64,000 bases of DNA from Ostreococcus lucimarinus. Taxonomy: Eukaryota. The first letter of the stretch is position 1; the number at the start of each line of letters is the position of its first letter. The DNA lies in the NCBI GenBank assembly GCA_000092065.1, contig CP000584.1; one strand, 5' to 3'. Position numbers and translations under genes: made by a program. The notes beneath the pieces are model-generated. The model was not told the origin of the DNA. It saw nothing but the letters and a program-made list of their open reading frames with translations, and made no database searches. Positions 11,501-19,627 of the stretch are shown piece by piece.

Positions 11501-14500
11501 CTCCACTCACGGATCCGAATGACGGATACACCGCCGAGGAAGACACTTCGACGGTTTCGTGATAGCTGAAAGGTTGTTTCACCGACGTGAACATCTCACC
11601 GAATAAACGAGCATACATGGGAATGGTACCCGCGATGTGCGCGGGAACTCGACATTCTAGACCATTCCCGGTCAGTTGTCCGATGATGGGACCAAGACTT
11701 CCGAATTTGCAAGCACAATTGTCAAATGATTGCTGATACGGATCAACTTTGTAGTAAATTATCGCAATAGACCCTCCATCTTCGTTACTTTCTTGAGGCG
11801 ACACGTGTAAAGGATTATCTTCCTCCTTGATGTACTCAAAGACAATACCAGAGGACTCAAATTCATCGTCCGTGAGGCTTGTTGAACCACTTGACAGAAA
11901 ACTGAGAACTGCAGAGCCAGCATCATTCGCTGGTTGCTCGATCACAACTAGAGCACTTGACACAAACTGTACCGGAGAGAATTTGGTGCTTCCAAAAACA
12001 AACTTGTTGTGCGTGACTTCGTTGAAGTGAACGCCAGTCAATTTTATTATTTCTCCTCCAGCTTCTGCGCCATCATACGGCTGCAAATTAGTAATCTGCG
12101 CATGAGGTTCATAACTGAGCTGTATTTGCGAAGAATCCCACACGCTCACGTCGTGAATTTGCACCCCAACAGCGACAAAACCGGAGCTGTGCGCTGGAGC
12201 GAGACACAAAACGAGACCGTTTGACTCCACTTTTGCAACTGCCGCGTGAAGATCGAACACGCAAGCGACTGGTAAGGTCGCTAGCGAAGAAGGCAATGTG
12301 CTCGGTGAAATCATAAGCTCCACCAAAGATCCCCCATCTAACGATACCGACGTGCGGTATGGCTCAGTGAGATCTATGTTGGCAATGTATTCGTACAGAA
12401 GTGTCGTCGCCGCATTGTCACGCTCATTCATAGCCACAGTCACTGGAACTGTCGCAGGTGAATGGGCAGGCAGGATACATTCAACTTTTTCGGATGAACC
12501 CTGCGTAAGGGAAATTCCAGAGATCGTACCAACTTTGCATGATATTACGCTCAAATCCGTGGAAAAGTCTCCATAGATGTCAACCACAGCACCGCCGGCT
12601 TCCAATCCTCGCGCAGCTGGGTGATCTATTTCGAGTCCAGGAAGAAGAATGAAAGTTATTTGGAAATCCGCACTTTGTTCCACGTCGTTGTATACAAGTT
12701 GTAAAGCAGTGTCATCCTTGCCTTCGGGCGTCACACACACGACGAGCGCCGAAGAAATTACGTGTATAGATGACTTTGCAGTACCTGCACTTGTCGTGTA
12801 ACCGCACGAAGCACTGTAATTCGTACCGCCCCAGATCATATTGGATCCCGTCACATATACCAAACTTCCCCCAATCGTTGGGAATGTGAGTGGAGTCGCT
12901 CTCATGAGTTTCGGTTTGGCAACATAATGGAACTCGAGAGCTGACGACGTAAAATCTTGCAAGTTCATAGAGACATCGATCACCGTGAATCCAGATTTAG
13001 ACGCCGGAGCATTGCAAACAGTATTTGATCCGAAGATGAATGCATTCGTAGTGGTTGAACCAAACCTACACGAAAGATGACTTCCGTAGAAGTTTTCACC
13101 GAACAAAGTCACCGAGGTGCCGCCGGTAACAAAACTCGATTCTGGTATTGTCATTGATGACAACGTCGCGATCACCTTGTACTCAAATGTAGCCGCCGAT
13201 TGACTCAGCTTAATTTCAAACGCAGTATTGTGATGGAACACGTTGACTGGGACTGAACCTGCGCTGTGCGCAGGAGAGACGCAAGACGCCGCATTCATGG
13301 ACAACCATCGTCCAAGAACATTCGAAATGGTTCCAATCCTGAAAGCCAGTGAAACGTCGTTTCGAAACGCCAGGCCATCAAATGAAAGAATAGTACCACC
13401 TTGAGACGGCCCAGTCTTGGGAACTACCCGATGTATGACCGAGGAAGATGTGTTCATGAACTCAAACGGTAAGCCTGGAACCGACCAATCAAAGGCATTG
13501 TTTGAGACTGCAAGGTCATGGTATCCGACCTCCATGCTCGGAGATTCGCACATCACTTGCGAGGGTGAAATAAACGCTGCACGGAATGGAGCTAATGTAC
13601 CGAATCGACACAAAGAAGAGGGAGAAAAGTGATCACCATACACCACGATGGCTGTCCCACCGATGGACGGGCCAGACAGCGGAAGCAAGTGATCCAGCAA
13701 CACCTTCCTCGTTAAAATATCATTTGCATCGGTACTGGAGACGATGTTATTGCCGGAGCTATCGACAATTCTTATATCGTACTCGTTTACGCCGTTGTTA
13801 TCTTCGGGTAACCCACAGAGAACAGAACCATCGCTGAGGACGATGCCTGGGACCAAGGCGTCACCATTTCCAAGATTGCAATACACATCTTGACCAGGAA
13901 CAAATCCCGTACCAGTCACAGTTGCGGTATTATTATCGTTGTTTATAATTGTGGTCACTGACGCTTCAGTAGTATACAAGAAAGTCACCTGCGGACCATC
14001 AGCAAACATGGCGCCGAACTCGCTGACCATGCCGATGTCAAAATTCACCCAACCCTCTACGTGCGCAGGCGCTAGGCACCTATATTCATCTGCAGCGATC
14101 CATTCGCCCACGACAGGACCAATTGAGCCAAACTTACACGCGAGATCGTGTGAATCACTGAAAGAGTGCCCGGCAGCTGTGACTGTGGTACCGCCCTCGA
14201 CTAAACCCATTGATGGTGATAGAGCCGTGACCACTGGAGGTGGATCAAACAAAAATTGCGGCTTCATCGCTAATTCTACTGCGGTTGCTACTACCGATAC
14301 GTCCAGTGCATATGCACCTTCAAACATGCTAGGCGTTTCGCAAATCATCAACGCCGAGGAAACATGTGTTGCCGCTACGGTAGTCGTACCAAACCTACAG
14401 ACAGGATTGTCTTGCAGCAAATGCTCCCCTTCTATGTGGACTAATGTTCCACCTCCTATGGCACCAACTCTGGGCGCTATTCTAGTAATTTCAATCACGT

Positions 14501-15659
14501 CCTTTAATTCAAGCTGCACACTGTCTGATGCAAAGACGGAATATTGGAAATCTTGACCGTTCGAGGCCACCGCAACGGAGACAAAACCGATTCCAGCTGG
14601 AGCTACGCAGGTCACAGCGTTGGTTCCCGCGAGACCTGGAACTTTATGCGAGCCAAATTTACACGCAAGCTCTGGTGTTTGCACGACACTCTGTACCGTG
14701 ATAGACACATGGGAAGATCCTGCCGAAGAGACCTGGAACGGCGCGATTGCATCGACAACGAGACTCGATAGAAAAGTGAACGAGTTTGAGAATGTCACAT
14801 AGTCTCGATGATTCATCGAGACGCTCAGGGGCTTAGCCGCTAAAGAAGATGCAGGCGTCGCGCACTCCAATGTATTTTCATTCTGGTAAATCGCGGAGAC
14901 CTCAATTGCTCCGAAGCGACACCGCAACAAACTTGTCGGCGCAAAATTTTGTCCCGTCAGCGTCACCAACGTGCCCCCTTCGCCAGTACCGACTGCTGGA
15001 CTGACGCGACTTATCGACGGCGCGCCGATATAAATGTGCTGGACGCTACTGAAAGCCTCGAAAAAGTTTGAGGAAGTCAAAGACACGTCCACAGCGACGG
15101 TTCCCTTGTCGATCGAAGGTGATTCACACTTCATCAAACCAGACGAGACGATGTGCCCAGTAGTCGTGAGGTCGCCAAATCGACAGTACTGCGACACGTG
15201 CATATCAGCACCGAATACGTCTACGATACCTCCTGAAATACCATACACAGAGTTCACGGCGTCCACCTTGGCGCCACTCACAAATTGATATCCTTTTGTT
15301 CTCAAAAAGTCTCCCGTTTCATTGTTGAGCGCGAATTCGACGTTTACGAAACCCTCCGTGTGTGACGGTGCTGTGCATTTGACCGTCTCGGCGTCTACGT
15401 AATACGCCCGAACGAACTCATTATCAAACTTGCACGTGAGCTCTGCCCCTGGTATATTCTGAACCGCTGCCAGCTGCTTACTCGAGAGCGTGACGACTTC
15501 GCCGCCGCCCACGTGTCCCGCGCTCGGATACATCCATTCCACCTCTGGAATCTCAAATCCTCGAGCGCCGCACGCGAAGCACGCCGCCACCGTGATTAGG
15601 AATAAAACCAACCAAATCGCACGCGATGGACGAAACGACCTCATATCGCTCGTCCTCAT
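2541..15659 (-). CDS. Giant (4372 aa) single-exon receptor-like protein. Order: signal peptide, about 24 tandem IPT/TIG-like Ig-fold repeats (approx. 8900..15560), a Cys-rich CPxGxYC module (approx. 7080..8860), an unassigned extracellular region, about 11 TM helices (approx. 3480..5220), and a Ser/acidic cytoplasmic tail (2541..3480)
   Basis: Uninterrupted 13,119-nt ORF. N-terminus is MRTSDMRSFRPSRAIWLVLFLITVAACFACGARG. The recurring unit P..G...GGT.V.V.G..F.......C(K/R)FG......A.......C.AP......G.V.V.V occurs about 24 times. Many CPPGHYC/CPAGYYC motifs and multiple long hydrophobic segments are near the C-terminus. Confidence 0.85.
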   Translation of the reverse strand: MRTSDMRSFRPSRAIWLVLFLITVAACFACGARGFEIPEVEWMYPSAGHVGGGEVVTLSSKQLAAVQNIPGAELTCKFDNEFVRAYYVDAETVKCTAPSHTEGFVNVEFALNNETGDFLRTKGYQFVSGAKVDAVNSVYGISGGIVDVFGADMHVSQYCRFGDLTTTGHIVSSGLMKCESPSIDKGTVAVDVSLTSSNFFEAFSSVQHIYIGAPSISRVSPAVGTGEGGTLVTLTGQNFAPTSLLRCRFGAIEVSAIYQNENTLECATPASSLAAKPLSVSMNHRDYVTFSNSFTFLSSLVVDAIAPFQVSSAGSSHVSITVQSVVQTPELACKFGSHKVPGLAGTNAVTCVAPAGIGFVSVAVASNGQDFQYSVFASDSVQLELKDVIEITRIAPRVGAIGGGTLVHIEGEHLLQDNPVCRFGTTTVAATHVSSALMICETPSMFEGAYALDVSVVATAVELAMKPQFLFDPPPVVTALSPSMGLVEGGTTVTAAGHSFSDSHDLACKFGSIGPVVGEWIAADEYRCLAPAHVEGWVNFDIGMVSEFGAMFADGPQVTFLYTTEASVTTIINNDNNTATVTGTGFVPGQDVYCNLGNGDALVPGIVLSDGSVLCGLPEDNNGVNEYDIRIVDSSGNNIVSSTDANDILTRKVLLDHLLPLSGPSIGGTAIVVYGDHFSPSSLCRFGTLAPFRAAFISPSQVMCESPSMEVGYHDLAVSNNAFDWSVPGLPFEFMNTSSSVIHRVVPKTGPSQGGTILSFDGLAFRNDVSLAFRIGTISNVLGRWLSMNAASCVSPAHSAGSVPVNVFHHNTAFEIKLSQSAATFEYKVIATLSSMTIPESSFVTGGTSVTLFGENFYGSHLSCRFGSTTTNAFIFGSNTVCNAPASKSGFTVIDVSMNLQDFTSSALEFHYVAKPKLMRATPLTFPTIGGSLVYVTGSNMIWGGTNYSASCGYTTSAGTAKSSIHVISSALVVCVTPEGKDDTALQLVYNDVEQSADFQITFILLPGLEIDHPAARGLEAGGAVVDIYGDFSTDLSVISCKVGTISGISLTQGSSEKVECILPAHSPATVPVTVAMNERDNAATTLLYEYIANIDLTEPYRTSVSLDGGSLVELMISPSTLPSSLATLPVACVFDLHAAVAKVESNGLVLCLAPAHSSGFVAVGVQIHDVSVWDSSQIQLSYEPHAQITNLQPYDGAEAGGEIIKLTGVHFNEVTHNKFVFGSTKFSPVQFVSSALVVIEQPANDAGSAVLSFLSSGSTSLTDDEFESSGIVFEYIKEEDNPLHVSPQESNEDGGSIAIIYYKVDPYQQSFDNCACKFGSLGPIIGQLTGNGLECRVPAHIAGTIPMYARLFGEMFTSVKQPFSYHETVEVSSSAVYPSFGSVSGGVAVRILHENPMETSIKCHVAGFFVSATSISTNPYVSECIMPAYAPGFAQISLGASPGKDETDSLFLFQPDPILVSAYPTLISNSGGELVTISGEDLLDVAGGSVQCYFGDVNVPAKVHSSTLVTCESPYFSNNQGRIALYVDTGGSLNYDEMGTTSISYIPAPTLLDISAETVATSGGDTIQISSLTSVGILEELVDAPAGHVGSIGPMYVRSSGSSFEFVTPAHSPTSPDAIRVWLSSHLTSSYFTNFVLIYSEEDMTVMHVVPGRASNEGLADVVLEATGHSLSSTPKGCMFGLFPVLSSQAVRTSTCSGGNQRDCVRYTLSCPVPILSAGFVELSTIGLDGVGVDFDIFVPPVVTSMVPSVGFYSGSSVIHVAGEHLHESSFCHFGDQNTTAYAISSALSVCTSPVLSGNSPMVSLGVSPRDDENYISEIVAAFQYLDDFDFLSQSLENPYLSENGGNLFTFHIGNLAEDATEQEIFCRFGTIGPISTSEQRSSTSVTCISPAGLNGTVVVGSLTYNSKDYASVGSFEYFTPLVPSFVSPKRSVAAGDTTLKLMSNSAIYLPHGAYLGCKLHGQVAQATFEDQRTITCDTPPSGFGFTVLEIMVLPDAATPIGFEVFMPPVVLNVHPSIGTASGTTVLHVDGDNLHESGYCYFGNEQTSAHVVSSALGLCITPPWSTERRVGIGMAPRDDPGFISSYGTAFEYIDDLMISAVSPETGSENGGTTLSVSVNGLTDGARYSCRIGTFFPITSYNTQSDVLTCITPARGLGIADISISGNDRDLSTINTATFVYQVPPKISGIIPKVGLSGSRSPIFITGSNFVNTSSLTCRFGQELATATFLSSRSILCVAGVEQSGTRTVFVEVSTNGVDFSEQRLLFHFAQCPSGSYCPESEAILCPRGAFCGGGKNFTLCPPGTFQPRTGQADCLPTPVGYISPDAGSMIPIICPRGAVCDSTGLTVPNKLCPPGHYCLEGTRTSNFTDFTVAERPLPCPFGMYCTAGVVSSASIAYNFTTPQQCYAGYVCEPGSITPQGVGPCPPGHYCPPGQQLRCPKRMYCPGVANAEPKPCLPGEYNSDYGKDSCQKCPKGTICPGFAREAPEVCTPGFVCDTEGLAVAGTRCPAGHYCLENTVTRDPLAIIDVAAIVDASPIALNVDNFRPKPCPPTTFCTEGVTTSIVLEGSFKQPQPCKEGSFCEWATGDSTVVSESATDVYNPMRPCTEGHYCPKRTYIPIPAPRGSYTSGQGNSAAVTCLPGTYTPYEGFQECLTCAAGYECVDEGTFKPTACPAGYFRSARDSIACRQCPKGTWSSSIGLTEESLCLPCNSGLVCAIDGMSNNKPRGQGTAALNEYSAYCDADNTEAYDASKCVLLQLDPEGEADLCPEGYVCDARTSIAEQKCPDGYFCGPGTTPETQFFNKCPAGYYCPAGASYSTRTQFPCQACFFCPTGTGQVLNRCPTGTASSPSAQSLDECSADLITFWRVMPVSFDLIEKTYYKTINATGRDTEWLREVESQIAAGRTLLQIDTTNTSSSNATGPTDPFDYMGMGSCTNKNWELLNPTFILSDDNSIAAVDENNIPLMKFTLPRGHTAKLRLDWRTINENLKYGEHYELLIFTNPVIDDTLCPASEYKSVPCPPWDVGDGITWLNMKVIAGEEQEKKCPASQESLELPFWFARNSDGTATGYNVENPTFGNYVWKRGMHELSIQALDDLPFRIELRMLDGRYQEDNRASFLNSICIDVEFPERASATPTYSVHAILPFEIDEEYQAPLNAPVASTMYRSVSTDYFECANINQDPGCRRLDARAAIDYNSTYGAEWKKFKYLRQQNVLTAEDSPSQAHIDLTSTQAEDWVIVNEDGQTDETITLSLPDVYEQEKYLLNEGLWAADQTLFAMDYLPFFSACRGFDSHIFFSHLTENPYKPVTFGEDRTFVSYGETTLVPKEETVFINQYSPQVQAAVADELELTIDCFYEEAYTEASAKKRWYEAEGDTLFYLTAEAESQDALFEASALANDQTEPAANKEKYMADITAQENIPVIFAPVEGFVLTAGLMPTKVEFEILYYQFTDSDKRIIAATVTMDEYVSATAHDGTYTLSVAVSALGWFDLLNFFAFDFLFYLALFFAIGMLVVLLIFSVWVVVRIFTLLKEPPRFRFLPYLRIMIGPPLMGVTLGMLPFATAQFGLRAVFVAFPIITEFPISIDNIGREIDPAVVEKATAGRYAVCFLTAGMYMMGCAAEILVPAELKDEEEKELEDERYVDEVMFKPEVWKRSHFVLMNILVNVTNVFLIEFSFTDTFGVQFFTIFFLLKVAHVIMEMQIETALGEAFLLAPVSVVLASAVGVATIGADDFTDFTLGFFFETIMGMVEYVYLDAFIAYCALVLPDKISAVVNYIMNLLPFNFGDDDDVEVEEKIDAEDTLVEDLMGFLAAYGVNTAVNYMTPFFIFFFWDFNDQLRLSYLYGFRKKDLLIYLLFSVVIIPFWIVMDIITFNIQELFHGWKVYEYLKYARYRFINRTSRWKGFERVYDESIDPGLRAIDQMCFSSQFYFVLALGGSGSFLFVLALSMMLRANYNMFEDILFWACVLMVLGASYTAKRLALLLANHFGLWRITSSITSGEIIIEDSLDEDFSSIFVPKMAAVIEDSGGDSLQTMDVTTADLTSDQFRHLFMSKNRDWVIDQLQEILSPRTARRLKLGKAVRRRMKAGEMSESDSDMEEDFGEVKLSVGAEAAMRIWLTHAASRASGRGVNLRMLSDTSESETEAGLQRFPPVNLSEASSAALTGWLAAVKQLRANRQSSLTNTAVFSSTDFSSESDTDTEPKYATTEHMSQTSKMVMRDWLTRAREMRASVPPSAPKANLSDDSGDSSSQLSSDSASPERQPVSYVAASVMSQWLQRSRAEKEMSLANTPLSGGPKRQALTSDSGSSSDLESSDDPELAFDTRRPKTLSTASASILTGWLSSAQGVFRRRSRAEARAGSDEDNGSSPESLKPE

Positions 15660-16557
15660 CCCGCGCGTCGTCGTCGTCCCGCTCGCGTCGCGTTCAAACC
15701 TTCTCCACCCTCGCCATCGACCGCGCGCGCGCCTCTTTCCCCATCGTCTCCGTCCAGTTCGACGTCTACGTCCTATTTCTCGCCGCCCTCAACGCGTCGA
15801 GCCGATCACCGCTGAATTCTTCGCGCACGTCCCGTCCCGTCGCGCGCACGAATTTGAACGATGCCGCCCCGATGTCCACGACGTATTTTCGTCCGCGTCC
15901 GTCCGCGCGTCCGACGCGCGCGATCGACGTCGCCCGCGCGCGTTCGATCGTCGTCGCGTCGATCGACGGATTCGTCGCGTTCGCACGCGCTCTACCGCGC
16001 GCTCTGCCGCGCGCGTCCCCCGCGCGTCCGACGCCGCGTCAATCCGCGGACCGCGGCCAAAACGGCCGAGTCACTGGCGCGCAGTCAGACGCACGATTTC
16101 CCAATCGAACCGTTTGAAGGCGCTTTTCCTCACCGAATACGACGATGGATCTTCCCTTGAGTCGAGATCGATAAGGGAAAAAAGCGCGCGGTGGTTGGTC
16201 CGTGTGCGACGTGCGCGAGGAAGACTCGCCTCGCGCGCCTCGTCGCGCGTCGCCGCGACGCCGTCCGTCTTTCACACGCGCGCGGAGTAGAGGTGCGGCG
16301 CGAACGATGCGAGCGCGCGGAACGAATGCACGACGCGGTGACCATCGATGCATCGGCGCGCGCGCGCGGACGGCGCGTCGATCGCGCGTGCAGCGCGCGC
16401 GAACCGAGCGCGCGCGATTAGGGTCACGGTGCAGCGCGATGTCGTCGACTGCGTGCGGGCGCGCGCGCGGGCGCGAGCGCGGGTGGTGCAGACGACGACG
16501 GCGCTGGGTGAAAAGTATTTCGTTCGCGCGGCGCGATCGGTGACTGACGACGTGTGA

Positions 16558-16573
16558 ACGCGTGAAAACGCGT
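16558..16573 (+). promoter_or_regulatory. Two ACGCGT (MluI/MCB-like) boxes 10 bp apart, 16-30 bp upstream of the RPL32 ATG
   Basis: gtgaACGCGTgaaaACGCGTgtttcgcgagcagccATG read directly. Confidence 0.25.
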
Positions 16574-16588
16574 GTTTCGCGAGCAGCC

Positions 16589-17266
16589 ATGGTGACCCCG
16601 CTCATCAAGCACAAGATCGTCAAGAAGCGAACGAAGACGTTCAAGAAGTACCAGTCGGATCGGTACAAGCGCATCGCGAACGTACGTGATAGAAAACGAT
16701 GCGAAATATTCGAATGGCGTCGACGCGCGCGGCGAGAGCGATGATGCGCCGCGCGACGCGCGAGGGTGGTTGAGAACGCGATGACGTCCGGGCGAGGAGG
16801 ACAGACCCTAGCGCGGAAGGCGCCGCGCGCGGGTGGACACGACGGCGTCGAAAACGAACGAGAGACGATGGAATCTCGATCGAAGGCGAGATAAGACCTT
16901 GAATGAGCGCGAGACTGACCGAATGATCGCTTGTCGGCTTTGTACGATGCACAGACGTCATGGAGACGCCCGAAGGGTATTGACTCTCGCGAGCGCCGCA
17001 AGTTCAAGGGCTTGCCGCCGATGCCCAACATCGGTTACGGTTCGGCGAAGAAGACGCGACACTTGTTGCCGAACGGTTTTTTGAAGTTCGTTGTCCACAA
17101 CGTCAAGGATCTCGACCTCCTTCTCATGCACAACCGCAAGTACTGCGCTGAGATTGCGCACAACGTCGCGACCCGCAACCGCGCGGCCATCGTCGAGCGC
17201 GCTCGTCAACTCAACGTGAAGGTGACGAACGCGTCTGCTCGTCTCCGCAGCGAAGAAGACGAATAA
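16589..17266 (+). CDS. RPL32: 60S ribosomal protein L32e, two exons: join(16589..16681,16955..17266). The intron is 273 nt with donor GTACGT
   Basis: Exon 1 [31 protein letters not shown]. Exon 2 [103 protein letters not shown]. Near-colinear with eukaryotic RPL32; total 134 aa. Confidence 0.85.
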
Positions 17267-17489
17267 ATGTCTGGGTCTTCTTAGCCAACTTAGGAGCAGT
17301 GTCAGCGAGGAGGGTGTGATATTTGGGATAGAGATTTTGTTAGAAAACGTTCAGCGAAATCAAAACAGTACTTTGAGCGCTCGCCACGCCTCGCGCAGCC
17401 TTCTCAAACGCGCTCGCCGTGCGTCTCACGCCTGATTTAGTTTTTATCTTGCTCGCAGTGTTGGCCCCGTCGCTCTGGCGACTCGGTGC

Positions 17490-19544
17490 GTGTCGCGCGT
17501 TCGCCTTTTGGCCGCAGAGCGCGCCGCGGCGCCAGCGAGGATGTCAGACGCCCTTGACGGCGCTGACCGCGACGCCAGCTCGACGAGTGATCGTCCCGCG
17601 GCTTCTTCCCTGGATACCGTGCTCGAACTCGAGCGTTTCGTCGATGTCGACGACGACCGCGCGGTGTTGGCAGACGATTATTCCAACGACGTCCCCGGGT
17701 CTTCCGAGCTCGATTTGACGTCTAAATACTGCCGAGACTGCCACGTCGCGAGTCAACGGTTGTATCACGTCGCTGCACTGTCGCGCGTGTGCGAACGGAC
17801 GCTAGAAGACGACGTTGGGGCGTTCCCAATCGATTTAATCGCAGAGCTGGCCGAGGATGATGACGACGATGTGCGCCGAAGCGTGGCCGAGCAACTCGAC
17901 CGATTCGCAGCGTGTGTGGGGAGGTTGAGCGAAAGATTAGATCATGTATGCGCGATTAAACTGCTCGGAGTGACTTTTATGTTGATAGAGGATGATCGCG
18001 AGGAGGTTGTCAGCGCCGCAGAACAAACGTGCGGCGCAGTGGCTTCGTTGCTGTCACCCGAGAAGCAACGCAGTTTGTTGCTTCCAACGTTGAAATCGTT
18101 CTCGGAGAGCGATGAAGAAGAAATTAGAATGAGTGCGGCGAAGGTGCTGGGGAGATTAGCAGCTGTTGTCGGCGTAGAGATGACGAAAAGTGATTTGCTG
18201 CCGAGTCTGTTAAATTTGGCGAGTGACGCAGAATATAGAGTTAGAGAAGCCGTCGCCTCCGCGCTGAGCGACACATTTGAGATTTTAGATGCTAACGACA
18301 CGTTGGAATCGACTTTGCCGACGTTTGCGCGCTTGTCCAGGGACAGTGTATGGGCAGTCCGAGCCACATGCGCGAAGCACGTCGTGCAACTCGTCAGAGC
18401 GGTGCCGACGGACAGAATGCTCGACGTTGCTTCGGAGACTTTCGAGCCTTTGGCCAATGACGTCAGCTTCAAAGTGCGTACAGCAGCGTTGGAGCAGCTC
18501 GGGCAACTTATTTTCGCGTTGAGCTCTGTTGAGGTGCCGACTATCTTTGTGGACTACTTCACGAGCATGGCGGAGAGTTCGACAAGCAGCAGCGCGCTAC
18601 AAGAAACTTGCGCATACAACCTACCAGGCGTGGTGCTCTCGTTGACATCAGCGAGATGGACAGAATTACGCCCGGCGTTTCGATTGTTAGCCGCAAGCTT
18701 GAATTGGAGAGTCCGTCGAACGTTGGGTTGTTCGCTTCACGAGATAGCGACCATCATCGGTCGAGACAACGCAGAGAAAGATTTACTACCAGTGTTGGAG
18801 AGTTTTCTAGAAGACACTGACGAAGTCAAGATCGGTGTGATTGAACATTTGAGTGAAATCTTCGCCGTCATCGGTTCGGCGTCTCGGCTTTCGCTGATCC
18901 GACTTTTGTCGACCTTTGAGTCGGAGGATGCCGAAAAGATCGGGAATTGGAGGATTCGTTTTGCGTTGGCCAAACAGATTCTCCCCGTGGCCGAATTGTT
19001 GTCTGGTGCGGCTACTGCTGAGTTTATCGTGCCAATCTTGCTCGCGTATTTAGATGACACCGCGGCCGTTGTGCGCGAGAAAACCGTCGAGATCGCTGGC
19101 AGAGTTCTCTTCAACGCGGCGAGGGAATTGTCGTGGTACTCGGAAACCATCGTGAACGCGATGTCTTCCATTAAACTACTCGCCACGAGTCACAGATGGT
19201 CCGACCGCAGAGCATACATCAACATTTGCCTCGCGCTCGCGAGAGAAGTCGAGCAACGATTCGTGGTAGATGAATTGTTACCGCTGTTGGTCATGCTCGC
19301 CGAGGATTCCGTCGCGGCGGTTCGAGTGGCTCTGAGTCACTTCTTAACCGAAGTTCTTCGACTCGATCCCACATACATTTCTCTGCCGGATATCAGCGCG
19401 GCGATCATCATACTGAAGGCTGATAGCGACCCCACGGTAGTCGCTGCGGCGCAAAGCATGAAGGCCGAAGCCGAGGCGAAGGTGAAGGACGACGCTGCGT
19501 TCACGTCCGCGCGAGACGTGCGTTTTTCCCCGACAGGCTTGTGA
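17490..19544 (+). CDS. HEAT-repeat protein, PP2A scaffold-subunit / PP4R1-like. The start may be the ATG at 17541 (MSDALDG)
   Basis: 684-aa ORF with repeated LLP.L..L..D....VR.A.. HEAT units throughout. Confidence 0.6.
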   Translation: MSRVRLLAAERAAAPARMSDALDGADRDASSTSDRPAASSLDTVLELERFVDVDDDRAVLADDYSNDVPGSSELDLTSKYCRDCHVASQRLYHVAALSRVCERTLEDDVGAFPIDLIAELAEDDDDDVRRSVAEQLDRFAACVGRLSERLDHVCAIKLLGVTFMLIEDDREEVVSAAEQTCGAVASLLSPEKQRSLLLPTLKSFSESDEEEIRMSAAKVLGRLAAVVGVEMTKSDLLPSLLNLASDAEYRVREAVASALSDTFEILDANDTLESTLPTFARLSRDSVWAVRATCAKHVVQLVRAVPTDRMLDVASETFEPLANDVSFKVRTAALEQLGQLIFALSSVEVPTIFVDYFTSMAESSTSSSALQETCAYNLPGVVLSLTSARWTELRPAFRLLAASLNWRVRRTLGCSLHEIATIIGRDNAEKDLLPVLESFLEDTDEVKIGVIEHLSEIFAVIGSASRLSLIRLLSTFESEDAEKIGNWRIRFALAKQILPVAELLSGAATAEFIVPILLAYLDDTAAVVREKTVEIAGRVLFNAARELSWYSETIVNAMSSIKLLATSHRWSDRRAYINICLALAREVEQRFVVDELLPLLVMLAEDSVAAVRVALSHFLTEVLRLDPTYISLPDISAAIIILKADSDPTVVAAAQSMKAEAEAKVKDDAAFTSARDVRFSPTGL

Positions 19545-19627
19545 TCCTCCATAAACTTAGTAGTAATTGATTTGTACTTTATTATGTAAGCTATGCTAGC
19601 AGTAAGCGCGTTGTTGTTCTATTTCAT

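Noticed and set aside
13939-14556. 205-aa plus-strand ORF inside the giant gene (and many other 60-150-aa ORFs across 2541..15659)
   Set aside because: Antisense to a well-supported 4372-aa coding frame. Composition is not protein-like.
16682-16954. Possible intron-hosted C/D snoRNA in the RPL32 intron
   Set aside because: Only imperfect box-like strings (TGATGC, CTGA) without a convincing terminal stem or guide region. Not supportable by eye.
15490-17031. Long Arg/Ala/Ser-rich ORFs in both strands (e.g. 15490..16290+, 15626..16117+, 16039..17031-, 16202..16543+)
   Set aside because: Low-complexity translations of CGCGCG-type GC-rich spacer, and the antisense of RPL32. No domain-like sequence. 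This is typical stop-codon depletion in GC-rich DNA.
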